NCBI RefSeq assembly: GCF_902652985.1 | Contig: NC_047027.1 | Coordinates: forward strand, 19,840,001-19,904,000 | Length of the DNA: 64,000 nt | Direction: 5' to 3' | From: Pecten maximus | Lineage: Eukaryota | The notes under the pieces: generated by a model | What the model saw: only the letters and a program-made list of their open reading frames with translations | What the model was told of the DNA's origin: nothing | Databases searched by the model: none | Part shown: positions 42,310-55,215 of the stretch, one piece after another | Layout of the letters: the number at the start of each line of letters is the position of its first letter | Position numbering within the stretch: the stretch's first letter is position 1 | Made by a program: the position numbers and the translations under genes

Positions 42310-44985
42310 GTAGGGAATGTTGGCAAAGTTAATATAGGTAGGAAATGTGGGTAAAGTAAATATTAGTAAACAATGTTGGCCAAGTTAATATAGGTAGGAA
42401 ATGTGGGTAAAGTAAATATTAGTAAACAATGTTGGCCAAGTTAATATAGGTAGGAAATGTGGGTAAAGTAAATATTAGTAAACAATGTTGGCCAAGTTAA
42501 TATAGGTAGGAAATGTGGGTAAAGTAGATATTAGTAAACAATGTTGGCAAAGTTAATATAGGTAGGAAATGTGGGTAAAGTAAATATTAGTAAACAATGT
42601 TGGCAAAGTTAATATAGGTAGGAAATGTGAGTAAAGTAAATATTAGTAAACAATGTTGGCCAAGTTAATATAGGTAGGAAATGTGGGTAAAGTAAATATT
42701 AGTAAACAATGTTGGCAAAAATAATATCGGTAGGACATGTGGGTAAAGTAAATATTAGTAAACAATGTTGGCAAAGTTAATATAGGTAGGAAATGTGGGT
42801 AAAGTAAATATTAGTAAACAATGTTGGCAAAGTTAATATAGGTAGGAAATGTGGGTAAAATAGATATAAGTAAACAATGTTGGCAAAGTTAATATCGGTA
42901 GGAAATGTGGGTAAAGTTACAATTAGTATAGAATTTGGGTGAAGTTTATATTAGTAGAGAATTTGGGTAAAGTTTATATTAGTAGAGAATTTGGGTAAAG
43001 TTTATATTAGTAGAGAATTTTAGTAAAGTTTATATTAGTAGAGAATTTAGGTAAAGTTTATATTAGTAGAGAATTTGGGTAACGTTAATTTAATGAACAA
43101 TGTGGGTAAAGTTAATACTATTAGAAAATGTGAGTAAAGTTAAAACAAATAGACGATGTGGGTAAAGTTTATATTAGTAGACAGTGTTGGTAAAGTTTAT
43201 ATTAGTAGACAGTGTGGGTAAAGTTTATATTAGTAGACAGTGTGGGTAAAGTTTATATCAGTAGACAGTGTGGGTAAAGTTTATATTAGTAGACAGTGTG
43301 GGTAAGGTTTATATTAGTAGACGGTGTGGGTAAAGTTTATATTAGTAGACAGTGTGGGTAAAGTTTATATTAGTAGACAGTGTGGGTAAAGTTTATATTT
43401 GTAGACAGTGTGGGTAAAGTTTATATTAGTAGACAGTGTGGGTAAAGTTGATATTAGTAGACGGTGTGGGTAAAGTTAGTATTAGTAGACAGTGTGGGTA
43501 AAGTTGATATTAGTAGACGGTGTGGGTAAAGTATATATTAGTAGACAGTGTGGGTAAAGTTTATATTAGTAGACAGTGTGGGTAAAGTTTATATTAGTAG
43601 ACAGTGTGGGTAAAGTTAGTATTATTAGACAGTGTGGGTAAAGTTTATATTAGTAGACAGTGTGGGTAAGGTTTATATTAGTAGACAGTGTGGGTAAAGT
43701 TGATATTAGTAGACGGTGTGGGTAAAGTTTATATTTGTAGACAGTGTGGGTAAAGTTTATATTAGTAGACAGTGTGGGTAAAGTTTATATTAGTAGACGG
43801 TGTGGGTAAAGTTTATATTAGTAGACAGTGTGGGTAAAGTTTATATTAGTAGACAGTGTGGGTAAAGTTGATATTAGTAGACAGTGTGGGTAAAGTTTAT
43901 ATTAGTAGACAGTGTGGGTAAAGTTTATATTAGTAGACAGTGTGGGTAAAGTTTATATTAGTAGACAGTGTGGGTAAAGTTTATATTAGTAGACAGTGTG
44001 GGTAAAGTTTATATTAGTAGACAGTGTGGGTAAAGTTTATATTAGTAGACGGTGTGGGTAAAGTTTATATTAGTAGACAGTGTGGGTAAAGTTTATATTA
44101 GTAGACAGTGTGGGTAAAGTTTATATTAGTAGACAGTGTGGGTAAAGTTTATATTTGTAGACAGTGTGGGTAAAGTTTATATTAGTAGACAGTGTGGGTA
44201 AAGTTTATATTAGTAGACAGTGTGGGTAAAGTTTATATTAGTAGACAGTGTGGGTAAGGTTTATATTAGTAGACAGTGTGGGTAAAGTTTATATTAGTAG
44301 ACAGTGTGGGTAAAGTTTATATTAGTAGACAGTGTGGGTAAGGTTTATATTAGTAGACAGTGTGGGTAAAGTTTATATTAGTAGACAGTGTGGGTAAAGT
44401 TTATATTAGTAGACAGTGTGGGTAAAGTTTATATTAGTAGACAGTGTGGGTAAAGTTTATATTTGTAGACAGTGTGGGTAAAGTTGATATTAGTAGACGA
44501 TGTGGGTAAAGTTTATATTAGTAGACAGTGTGGGTAAAGTTTATATTAGTAGACAGTGTGGGTAAGGTTTATATTAGTAGACAGTGTGGGTAAAGTTTAT
44601 ATTAGTAGACAGTGTGGGTAAAGTTAGTATTAGTAGACAGTGTGGGTAAAGTTTATATTAGTAGACAGTGTCGGTAAAGTTTATATTAGTAGACAGTGTG
44701 GGTAAAGTTTATATTAGTAGACAGTGTGGGTAAAGTTTATATTATTAGACAGTGTGGGTAAAGTTTATATTAGTAGACAGTGTGGGTAAGGTTTATATTA
44801 GTAGACAGTGTGGGTAAAGTTTATATTAGTAGACAGTGTGGGTAAAGTTAGTATTAGTAGACGGTGTGGGTAAGGTTTATATTAGTAGACAGTGTGGGTA
44901 AAGTCTATATTAGTAGACAGTGTGGGTAAAGTTAGTTTTTGTAGACAGTGTGGGTAAAGTTAAAACAAGACGACAATGTGGGATA
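42310..44985. repeat. 2.7-kb satellite: 56-bp dimer block (~42325-42920), transitional 28-mers, then a homogeneous 28-bp array (~43160-44960, ~64 copies)
   Basis: 28-mer ATTAGTAGACAGTGTGGGTAAAGTTTAT at 43201/43229/43257; 56-mer at 42361/42417. Confidence 0.97.
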
Positions 44986-45611
44986 TATTCATATTTTCTA
45001 ATCTACATTATATCTTAAGTCGACTCTACATTTTAACTTCAATGAAAATTGACATGGAGGTACAAGTGAAGACGTTTGGTAGACAATAGTGAATTTGATT
45101 TATGTTGTAATTTTGTGAATACGCTTATAGATGAAAAGAAATTCAAATGAAAAAAAACAACAATATGTCTATACTGTTTTCATACATATTGTACGCTAGG
45201 ATAGCAAATAACGATTTCAGAACCATGGGAATATTAAGCTTATTCATAGTATATGCTAGTATTTTATTGAATAGATTTCCACACATTCATATACTGTAAA
45301 CGACTTCTTTAAGAGCATATCAACCTTCAGTGCATTAGCGAACTAAAACAGAGAAATGCTGAATAAGCACATCCAAAATGCTTGCCGAGAAAACAATAAA
45401 AAGATAGGATAATTAGCGTAGTCATCAATTAGCGGGATGCTTTTAGCGCGAAACGCTCAAATTAGATCATCATTAAAATTCGTACGTATACACAATAAAA
45501 TAGTAATAATAATAAAAACAAGTTGGGATGAGAAACATTCAATATATTTGTCCACAAGAATCGATTTCCCTCTGTTTTACTAGATTGTATGTTCTTTATA
45601 CTTTCATATTG

Positions 45612-45680
45612 CATGGTCATGTGACCAATAACCTCATGGTCATGTGACCAATAACCGCATGGTCATGTGACCAATAACCA
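45612..45680. repeat. 23-bp triplication containing GGTCATGTGACC and CCAAT
   Basis: CATGGTCATGTGACCAATAACC(T/G) x3. Confidence 0.9.
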
Positions 45681-46512
45681 TACGGCCGTGACACCATTGC
45701 GTCATTCTATTTGATAAAGGTAAACGACCAGAAAACAAGTGTCTAATATTCATTTAAGGTCTCAGTTTCTTATTTGTCTAAAAATCTTAGTTGAAATACA
45801 TTATATTTAAGCAATTTATATTTAAAAATTAAAAAAGTGTGATATATAAATCGTAGGAATGGATATGTACTTGTCGAACATGTATATGGCAACTTACACT
45901 CGTGTAGTGAAACATAGCTCTTGTCTTTAGGTTGTTGTTGCAAGGCTGTGTTTTACTGTGCAACATTAAGACAAAGATACTTCATAGTTTTTTTTAATTA
46001 AAATAAAATGTTAAAAACGAAACTAAAATATATAAACGATCTTAAAATGATGTTGGGAATGTGAACTATAGGCACTTTCCCGGATTTAAGTATAAATACC
46101 GTAAACAGAAACATTTGTTAAAGTTTTTCAGATGTTGTATAATTTTGTTCCTACTGAAATATATGACCAGAGAGACTAATATCATGGCACAATAGCGTTT
46201 TATAGAGAGAATTTAAAAGTTAGCAGACCTTTATCAAAGGTCTAAGATTCAATTTTAACGTTATCATCAGTCTGTTAAACTGTTCAATGCTATCTAGCTC
46301 TGTTAAAGCATTAAAGTAAAGTTTGATATATTTTGTATAGAACAGGTTCACGGACGTATCATTTGAACTCTCGACATATGATGTGTACAATGAACCTAAA
46401 GGACAGTAGCCCAGACATAACAACACTAAAACTGATGTCATTCTTAGCTTGGCGTTGTAAAATGTCACGTAGACGCTGTAAAGATGACGATTCAGCGATA
46501 TGTATATATATA

Positions 46513-46628
46513 TATGGGCAAGGAAGTAGTTCTGACAGTGTGGACATGAAAAATGACAAATTTTCGAGGCAATCCGCCCCTTTATCAAAACACAGAGAAT
46601 ACAAATACAATCACATCACATATAAACA
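46513..46628 (-). mobile_element. Inverted copy of the 40855-40968 repeat
   Basis: The ORF track shows matching IKGRIASKI.HFS translations on opposite strands. Confidence 0.7.
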
Positions 46629-46789
46629 GTACTAGAAATACAATAAGATACAGTTAAAGTAATATTGTTGGTAGTAGTTGAAATAACAACCATGAACTCT
46701 TCGGCAAGTACGGGGTCATTTACGGGGTCATGTACGCTATGTGACCAACGGCCAAATGCGACATACATATTTAGTATGTTGATCTGCAG

Positions 46790-47045
46790 GTTTCCTATGT
46801 CGACATAAACATTGAGTATGTCGGTCTACATGTTTCTTATGTCGACATAAACATTGAGTATATCGGTCTACATGTTTCCTATGTCGACATAAACATTGAG
46901 TATATCGGTCTACATGTTTCCCTTGTCGACATAAACATTGAGTATATCGGTCTACATGTTTCCCTATGTCGACATAAACATTGAGTATATCGGTCTACAT
47001 GTTTCCTATGTCGACATAAACATTGAGTATATCGATCTGCAGGCT
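46790..47045. repeat. 42-bp minisatellite (~6 copies) with palindromic core TATGTCGACATA
   Basis: ATGTTTCCTATGTCGACATAAACATTGAGTATATCGGTCTAC, with CGAC at 46801/46843/46885/46927. Confidence 0.95.
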
Positions 47046-48304
47046 ATCCATGTTCACACAAACATTACTTCATCGATTTGCAGGTTTCCCATGTCGACGT
47101 GAATATTTTCTAATTAATCTGCCGGATTCACATGTTGACATAAAGATGTATTTTGTCATCTGCATGTTCCACGTGTTGATACAGGCATTTCACATCCGGG
47201 TCACCAGTAGTTGACACCATGATAAAAGGAGTTAGAATATTTTTCAAGTTGTACCACCTCCTAACAATATTATTTTGACGTCATCCGCTCAAATATTGTC
47301 GGCATTATGAACTATGAACACAACATCCGTGAGTCCGAAGGTTGGGGTTAGTGATGGAATATAGTGGTGAACATCGCAGACACTGAATAAGGCAATATTA
47401 CTCTTTAATATCAGACAGGATATACTATAAAGTATATATTAGATATAGTTATCTGCAAAATTTAATGGTAGTTTAAATATACATATCAGAGTTCCATAAA
47501 GTCTTAAATAGATAGGATTTAACATAAACCGTTATGCAGCCTTCTGATCGTATAAGATGTTGAATACATCGAGATTGAAAACAAGTTTTTATCAAATGAG
47601 TATAAACATTTTAACGACAGTGCATGCGCAGCCGGAAGTCGCGGAAATGTATCCGACGCTTATGCTTAAATCACGACGATGTATCTATACAAGCCTAAAC
47701 CTGGCTTCCAATGATATAAAACAGTGATTCAGTGATTTATATGTTACAAGGATCATACCGCCAAGTGTTGAAAATGAATCGTACATTTTTAGAATTGCTA
47801 ACAACAAGAAACGAAACGCATTTATAAAATCGATGTGTCTAGTCTGATTTATACGTGTCTGATGGGGAAAAAGACATTTGATAGAGCATCCGTTCGCTAG
47901 ATTTATACCGCGTATTTAAAATGCATACAGTCAAGAGACAGGACCATCACAAGACACTCTGTAAATTTAATATCCATTTTACTAGAGAGATTTATAGAAA
48001 AAGTAACCTTCTCGCATTGTAGCTAGATATTTTCCACTCTTATTTACTAAACATTCGTTTCATGGATAATTGTGATGGTTCATTATTTCTTTTTGTAAAT
48101 TTACACAGAATGTTTCATAAAACGTTTAAAATTTTGGATAGGAAACGTATGCTCAAGAACAGTTGTAACTCTGTTTTTTCTTCTTCATTAGGTAAAAATA
48201 ACAATTACACGTATGTACAGTGAAATAAGACTATATCATTAATCATTATTGTTAAATATCAGCAATTAACAGATAGAATTTTTGTATATTGAAATCACAT
48301 GTTT

Positions 48305-48350
48305 CTACACTTCCGGTCACGTGTTCCCTGATCTAATGATGCTTCCGGTC
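48305..48350 (+). promoter_or_regulatory. Candidate promoter motif cluster (two ETS-type CTTCCGG plus E-box CACGTG)
   Basis: ACTTCCGG 48309-48316, CACGTG 48318-48323, GCTTCCGG 48341-48348; ~75 bp upstream of the ATG at 48422. Confidence 0.3.
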
Positions 48351-48421
48351 TGAAACCACAATAGCAGATAAATATATCAGAATATAATCTCAGGGACAAC
48401 TTTCATATATTTTGCTATAAA

Positions 48422-48808
48422 ATGGAACAAGAAGATGTTGACATCCTTAACGATAAGATAATAAGAGATATAGTGATGGCTGGAACAATGAACGTTCGCC
48501 CTGTGATGACGCAGATTACGATAAGTACACAAACACAATAATACCCATTGTCTCGTGTTCCAAAGAATATATCAATCTGCCTTCCAGAATATTTTGTTTC
48601 AAGATCAGATTATAATATGGTTACATCAGATCCGTTTCTTAAAGAATCTTCTAAGATTACACGTTACCTTGGTTACGATCACGTGATTTATGATCCAAAT
48701 CCATACATATACTACCCTGTAAGGCAATATATTTGGGCTGAAATATGTCAGGTAGGACATGCAAAATTAAAATCAAAGTGCGTCGTCGATATACAAGTTT
48801 TCAAGTGA
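48422..48808 (+). pseudogene. 129-codon frame interrupted by one in-frame TAA (48539-48541); unknown protein
   Basis: AAAATGG start; MEQEDVDILNDKIIRDIVMAGTMNVRPVMTQITISTQTQ*YPLSRVPKNISICLPEYFVSRSDYNMVTSDPFLKESSKITRYLGYDHVIYDPNPYIYYPVRQYIWAEICQ..., with a possible donor CAG|GTAGGA near 48751. Non-repetitive, protein-like composition. Confidence 0.4.
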
Positions 48809-51049
48809 ACTGTGAGACACCACTTTGAGGTTTCACTAAAAAACGAAATGTATGAATCACAAAATCTTAAAGATACAAATTCGTATATGAAGAATGATTT
48901 GGGTCGATTTAACGTTTGAAAACTAACCTACCCGATATTACCTATCAGCCGTTGTTGGTTGGCTTGTTGCTATCTTTTTGACCTAAGTATCATAGGATGA
49001 GTCATATGATCTTTCTGTTGATTTTACTTGTATAACGTAACTGTGTTGCGATCGTGCAACCGAAAATGACCTTGGGTTGACATTGATTTTCCCGCGAACA
49101 ATCATGATCCAGTACCAGGCGTACACAGTGCTGGACTACGGTACGGGAACGGCCTGCAGTGTGTTGTCTTTAGAAATAGGATTCACAATCAGCTGTATCT
49201 ATTTTGTACACTTCAGAGGTTTAGATTTAGAATATAATTCCTCAGTGAGGAATTTTATTCGCCTGTTTATATATTAGTTTGTGATATCTATCTATTGCTG
49301 TTGAAAGAAATCCTATCAATTTGTAAATTTCCAACATTCAAGACATTGTCAAATTGATGACCGTATATCGGAAACATTTCGAATATATTCATCCATATTC
49401 CTGTCCAATCATTTCATCAAATAAAACATGAAAATAAAAGTCTTCATCAAGAAAAATATAGTGTATTTTAAATCCGGGCATAAATCTAACAGACTACAAT
49501 TTCATAAATATTCCTTAGCTAAAGACAATAACTTATAATTTTCTTTAGAAAGCATTTCAGAATTTAGAAAATGCCGTTAGTTTAAATTTTTTCTTTAAAA
49601 ATCCAAAAATGCTTTACTATGGAAATTTTAAGTTTTTAAGAATGTATTTAGGTAAGGGACTCTGGTGAAACCGAGACCATGAAGACTGAGACCAATGGCT
49701 GAAGATTTCTGTCTGTGTCTGGTTTTCCAATATCAGTTCGACACTGTTCCTTCCGAGCGTTTGTATATCTCTTGGCCTTTATAATGACACCACGAGATGT
49801 AGTGAGACAAAACGCGATTAAGCGTGACAATACGAGATTTAACGGGTCAATACGTGATGTGTTGTTCGCTAATCAACTTGCTTCGTGCCTTTTCGTCAAA
49901 TTCGTTATCTGATTTCTATCGATGACTTGTTCATATGTAAAGATGCAAAAAATGACGAGTTAATCTACACAGAAGAGATCAGGGGACATTGGTATTGGGT
50001 TAACCCACGTGACCTGTATGTGGCGTGTTAAGCCACAGCTCCGATAGATATATCACAATTGCCTGTACTCTGTCAAATTCAATAAGCAACTGTCAAAGCA
50101 TTAAATATCAAATTCTTTACGACAGTATGGCTTCTCACCAAAATGAAATAGCTTTCTATCAAATATGTATTTCCCGGACAAAACAAGATAAGATTGAAAG
50201 TATATAATGAGTCATTGTTATATATTAACACGACACATTGTATTTAATTATTTCAAAGTCATTTACCTATACTCAAATACTCATAATACCTGCACCTTGT
50301 TTAGAGTTTTTGATTTATGCAAGTGTTACGCCAGCTAGTTTCAGATTTAAACTTAATCTTCAACTAACGCATATAAAGATACTATTCCACATTCATTTCA
50401 AAGATAGACAATGCAACATATCTTGGAGTTGTAAACAATGATTGAATTTAACCAGTTTTATAACAAAACGACTTCCCAGACAACGATTGTTCCGAAAATA
50501 TTTAAAGTTTTTTATTTAAAATCCTCCAATAGTTGAATACTATAGTCTATTTCGGTTCTCTCCGTGCTCAGGAATTCTCTTTCTGTGAATATTCTTATAG
50601 CGTTTTGTATTCTTTTGTAGTTCGGAAAGGGCTGATATATGATGTTAACACTCAGGGAAACTTTGATCTGATCATCCGCATTGGATTTGAAAGTTGTATC
50701 ATATCTTCATATGTTTCCGTAGTTATAGTTCATATTGACCTTCACCGCTATAATAGAGGTCATGGTGTAAAGAATCCAAATTAAAAAGATATGCTTTATT
50801 TTTTTGTTAACTAATGCATTGTTCTGCCCTGTCAATACCCATAGAAGGAATTATATACTCAGATGCATTTGGAAAAATCCGCCCCAAAATAATGACCAAG
50901 CATCCTTAATAGTTTTGCATCCGGGTCCTTACGTAATGTCATGCTATGACGTCACCTCTGCTTTAATGACGTTTCCACTCTGTACACGTGAGCTATGCTT
51001 CCTGGCTTTTATGTCTAGTCAGGCTAGTCAGAGAATATCGAAGATGACC

Positions 51050-51245
51050 GTCACCTAGGCGGCCGGATTCCCCGACCGTACGTGAAAAGATATGGATCGC
51101 GGACACCTGATTAGCACGTGAGTTTTTCAGGGTACTCCAGTTTTCTCACACAGTAAGACCCCTCGCGCGCTTCCATCGTGGCCAACAAGCGTAATTAGTA
51201 TAAGTTGATGTAACTTGTTTCAAAATTGTTGTAAAAAATTAAAGA
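51050..51245 (+). mobile_element. V-domain SINE (V-SINE), 5'-degenerate
   Basis: CACGTGAGTTTTTCAGGGTACTCCAGTTTTCTCACACAG resembles the V-domain consensus GTGGGTTTTCTCCGGGTACTCCGGTTTCCTCCCACA; decayed tRNA head upstream; A/T-rich tail. Confidence 0.75.
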
Positions 51246-51960
51246 TGAGTTTAAATAGATGATTGATTTGAAAGTGTCTGCAAAGACGGCTGCATTTCCA
51301 GTATTTGTCAAAATAAATTGTCACTCAAAATTCTATTTACGTCACCAGCAAAAATGTAAAAAAGTATTTGAAAAGAATGTTTCATTTCGGGTAGAGGGTG
51401 TTTTGATAATACCAAAAGATCAAGAAATGATTTTATTTGGCAAGACAATGAATGCGAAGGTCTGAGGATGGCTTTTTCATATAGATGATGAAATGAGAAA
51501 CAAGATTTCATTTCCCATTGTTCGTTATTCTACTAAGTTGTTAAACATTACTTAGAACGGTCGGTGATTGTGATAGTTCCCGAATAGATGAACTAAACGT
51601 ATGCAGACAATGACTTCGATAGTTCCCGAAAGGAAGACTTGCTACCATTTTCATGATTCCGAAAGGATGACTTCATTGCATGTCATACGATGATTTCTAA
51701 TGGTTCCGAAAGGATGGACTTACAGAATGAAATGGATAACTGCATAACCTGACATTAGAGTTGACGTACGTACTAAAATCATAACATTGTATGTAATGTA
51801 CACTCAGTCAAAATCATAATGTGTCGTTCAAAGTGATCAGGTGTAAATTAATGTCATTCTGATGAAATATTTACATAAATAAAAGCAGCAAATATCAATC
51901 ACCGTGACGTGACCTTTACGTCATTACGCGCGTGCTAATTTATCAGCTCTTTACTGGCAG

Positions 51961-52034
51961 TGACAGATCCGCCGTCTTTAAACCATCCACTTCCGGTACA
52001 CACTTATCGTCGTTGTGGCATCATTACCACTACC
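51961..52034 (+). other. Candidate 74-nt internal exon
   Basis: CTAAT branch-like site, CTCTTTACTGGCAG| acceptor and ACC|GTAAGT donor; two frames are open. Confidence 0.4.
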
Positions 52035-53441
52035 GTAAGTTATTTTTTATTTACTTATTCATAATTGCAACCACATAATCAGGGATCAATTAACCCCCGC
52101 CAGTATCAAAGTTAAACTTTGACCTCGGTATTTATATTAAGACCTGTTTCCCTTTAACTTTGGACCCATAGCTACATATCCATTACCCATAATCCATCTT
52201 AGGTCACAAGAACCTCTTGTTATAAACGCTCCATAATAACTTGGTTCTTGTCCGGTTTTTTTTATTCTGGATTAATGCAATCCTTTATACATCGATATAG
52301 AAAACATTGACGTCACAATATCAACAGACATGCGCGGAAAGCTCCATAATGCAAACATCCATTTTATCAAACTTTTTTTGTTTCCATATTACCACAGAAA
52401 CCCGACAAACACCTTTCCTGACACAAGCTAGGTCTTTAAAGACACGATAAACAGGTTTATGTAATTTCTAGAAAAATAGATGTTTTTTACACAAAATTAG
52501 GATTTCTTTTTGTGGGTTAAATTAAAGCAACTTAAAGATATATATAGAAATTATTTGCATTTTATATACGAAATCTTTTTTTTTTTTACGTTTTATTCAA
52601 ACATTAATTGCCGTGATATGATGTATTACAACGACTATATATACCATAACAGGTGTATTAACGTATGTGATTTATTACATATACACACATATATAGATTA
52701 ACTTATTCAGCAGTCTTAAATACAGTCTAATTCATTTTAACAATTATTTAGTCGTTACCGACAACACGATCCCACAGATGAAACAGCCATTTTTGAAATG
52801 ACATAATTCCGTCTCCATGACAGCAATTATGACCTCATAACGAGCACACGCAGGATTATTGTCCCTTAAGACACATTTCCAGCTGGCCAGTGAATGACCT
52901 ATACCAATGTTAATATATCAAATCCAATATCTGTTTAGAATGAGTGATTTATAGAAAATTTAAAAGAGCTAAAATTGTATAAAGACAAATAGTCGGTCTT
53001 TATATGGAATTAAATATGTTATGAGAGAATGCTGGGATAGTAAATACCCGGTCGTTTTGTTTAAATGAAATAAGATACTTAAAGCTATTTGAAATTAGAA
53101 TGTTTAATGGCGATATTTGTTTTCTGTAAGTCAGTTTTATTTATGTAATAACCATGCAATCCTAATATATATGTTTATTAAATGGTACTTTTAATATAAT
53201 CTGTGCATCATTGCTCATTTTTGTGTCGCGACAATAATATTTTGACATTTTGATATCAGAATTTGTTGTCTTTTTCCGTTCAAAGTCCTCCAAAAAAATC
53301 AATGCATATGTATGTATGGGAGTTTGGTATCTATAATCAATGATATAAAGATAATGATAATTCCGGAGGGATCTCGAATGAATTCGGTTACCAGTACAAT
53401 GGATGTTCCGAAATAGAGCATTCCGCACATGCATGAGGGCC

Positions 53442-53554
53442 CACAGGGGCTTGGCAGGATTTTCCAAATGATGGTCCATATATATATGTATTATAGTGTC
53501 ACTAATACATATATATATGGACCATCATTTGGAAAATCCTGCCAAGCCCCTGTG
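53442..53554. mobile_element. 113-bp foldback MITE with perfect 52-bp TIRs and 8-bp TSD (P/hAT-type)
   Basis: CACAGGGGCTTGGCAGGATTTTCCAAATGATGGTCCATATATATATGTATTA, a 9-nt spacer, then the exact reverse complement. TGAGGGCC is duplicated at 53434-53441 and 53555-53562. Confidence 0.92.
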
Positions 53555-54912
53555 TGAGGGCCTTAGTTAGAACAACTCGAGAAAGAAACAACTATTTTCA
53601 CTTCAATAAAAGAATGCTCTAAGTCTTGACAATTAAGAAATGAATTCATGAGTAAATATAGGTATTGTAAATAGTGCATGTGACAGTAGGTAATGAGATT
53701 TGATGTGAAATGTACACTTTATTGTAGTTCTCCCGTCGCCAAGAGTTCCAACAACCATACACATATTGTTGGAAACTATATTTTTTTTCAATTCTGATCA
53801 ACGTTCAAAGAAGCACTTGAAGGTGATCCAGCATTTAATATAAACTCAATAAATCTGTCCGGTTTATATACAGCTTATGTCGTGGAATTTCACAAAATTT
53901 ATTGTAAAATATGTAATGTTATATTGAATGTTGATATTTATAGGGAAACTCGATGATATGTTTTGGAAAATATCTTCTGGCTTTGAGCAAAACAATCAAC
54001 TGATAATATATATACCATAATTCGAGTTGTTGTAACCAAGGCGGCTCATGTTGAAAGTAAAACTCGCACTTACCTGCAGTTAACTCCGTAGAAGGTACCA
54101 TTCGACATTTGAGATAACATACAAAATCAATATTTATTGTTAAAGCAATGCTTTAGCATACCTTTTTGGTAGGCCATGACATATCTGTCTAGATGATTGC
54201 ACTACAGTAAGTTGTAAATTGAAAACTGAATACCGAGTGCCTATTTTTTCCTGTTAAGGCAATCAAGTGTCCTTTAAGCTTTCGCTGAACTAATCATTTC
54301 ACTATATGTTATTACCAGCGACACCATCTCCTCAATCGCTGATTTGAAGTTCAAATGATGTGAAATTTACATTAAATTTAAGTTTGAAATTTTCACTACC
54401 TGAAAAAGGCTATTTGATAGATTTAATGGTATATAAGAGCACACCAGTACTTGAAAGACAGTAACCCTGATATTTGCATTGGACAGGACACCCCCACCTG
54501 GGGAATTCCACCCTTTTTACAACTGGAATCCTACGTCATTCCATTTTCAGTAGGAGTGTATATTTTTGATTTTCCAAATCTCAAGACCCTACTCTATATT
54601 CTGGTATATAGAAAATATCCATTTCATATGTTATTTACTCAGGTAAAAAGCTAAAAACATAAGGAACACATTTTCTTCAGGGACTTGGTTCTAGAGAAAT
54701 AGCAGCTTACTGACTGAATTAGTTGTGTGAGACCTTAAGGCACTCCATCCGGGCACTTGTCATTTTATAATGTTTGGTTCGGATGGTGGCTGGATTTGTT
54801 GTCATTAATAATGTACCACGTGATCAGAGAAGATGTAATAAAAGATAAACATACTGGTCTATATTCTTGTGAGATATGAAGCTGGACGTGATCGATATTC
54901 ATTGATAATGAA

Positions 54913-55215
54913 GCCGCGATACCTCGGTCGGTTAGAACGCAAGCCATGTAACAGTTGAAGATCCGAGGTACGTGGTTCGACCGTCCCTACCCGTGTCGGG
55001 TGGTGTTTTTTTCGGCAAGCTGAGAAACAGGCCGGTCTGTGCTGTCGCGGTTGTGTCCTTGGGCAAGACACTTTACCCTAATTGCTCTGGATGACATGCG
55101 ACGAACCTCCTGAATGTTGTTCAGTGAGGTAATCACCAACTACTACAAGGAGAACCAGACTGAAAATGACCCTGGCTGTTCATGGGGTAATAAACCCAGC
55201 AAACAAACAAACAAA
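54913..55215 (+). mobile_element. Full-length tRNA-derived CORE-SINE
   Basis: tRNA-like head (A-box-like TACCTCGGTCGG, B-box GGTTCGA at 54974), CORE motif TGTGTCCTTGGGCAAGACACTTTACCCT (55052-55079) and an (AAAC)n tail. Confidence 0.85.

Noticed and set aside
49077-49277. VLDYGTGT, similar to SAM-methyltransferase motif I
   Set aside because: The last Gly is absent, no further motifs follow, there are no convincing splice sites, and it starts within a repeat-like fragment.
52202-52253. Hairpin ACAAGAACC...GGTTCTTGT as a pre-miRNA
   Set aside because: The stem is too short and interrupted; no known mature sequence.
54913-54990. tRNA gene
   Set aside because: It is the degenerate head of a CORE-SINE; it does not form a full cloverleaf.
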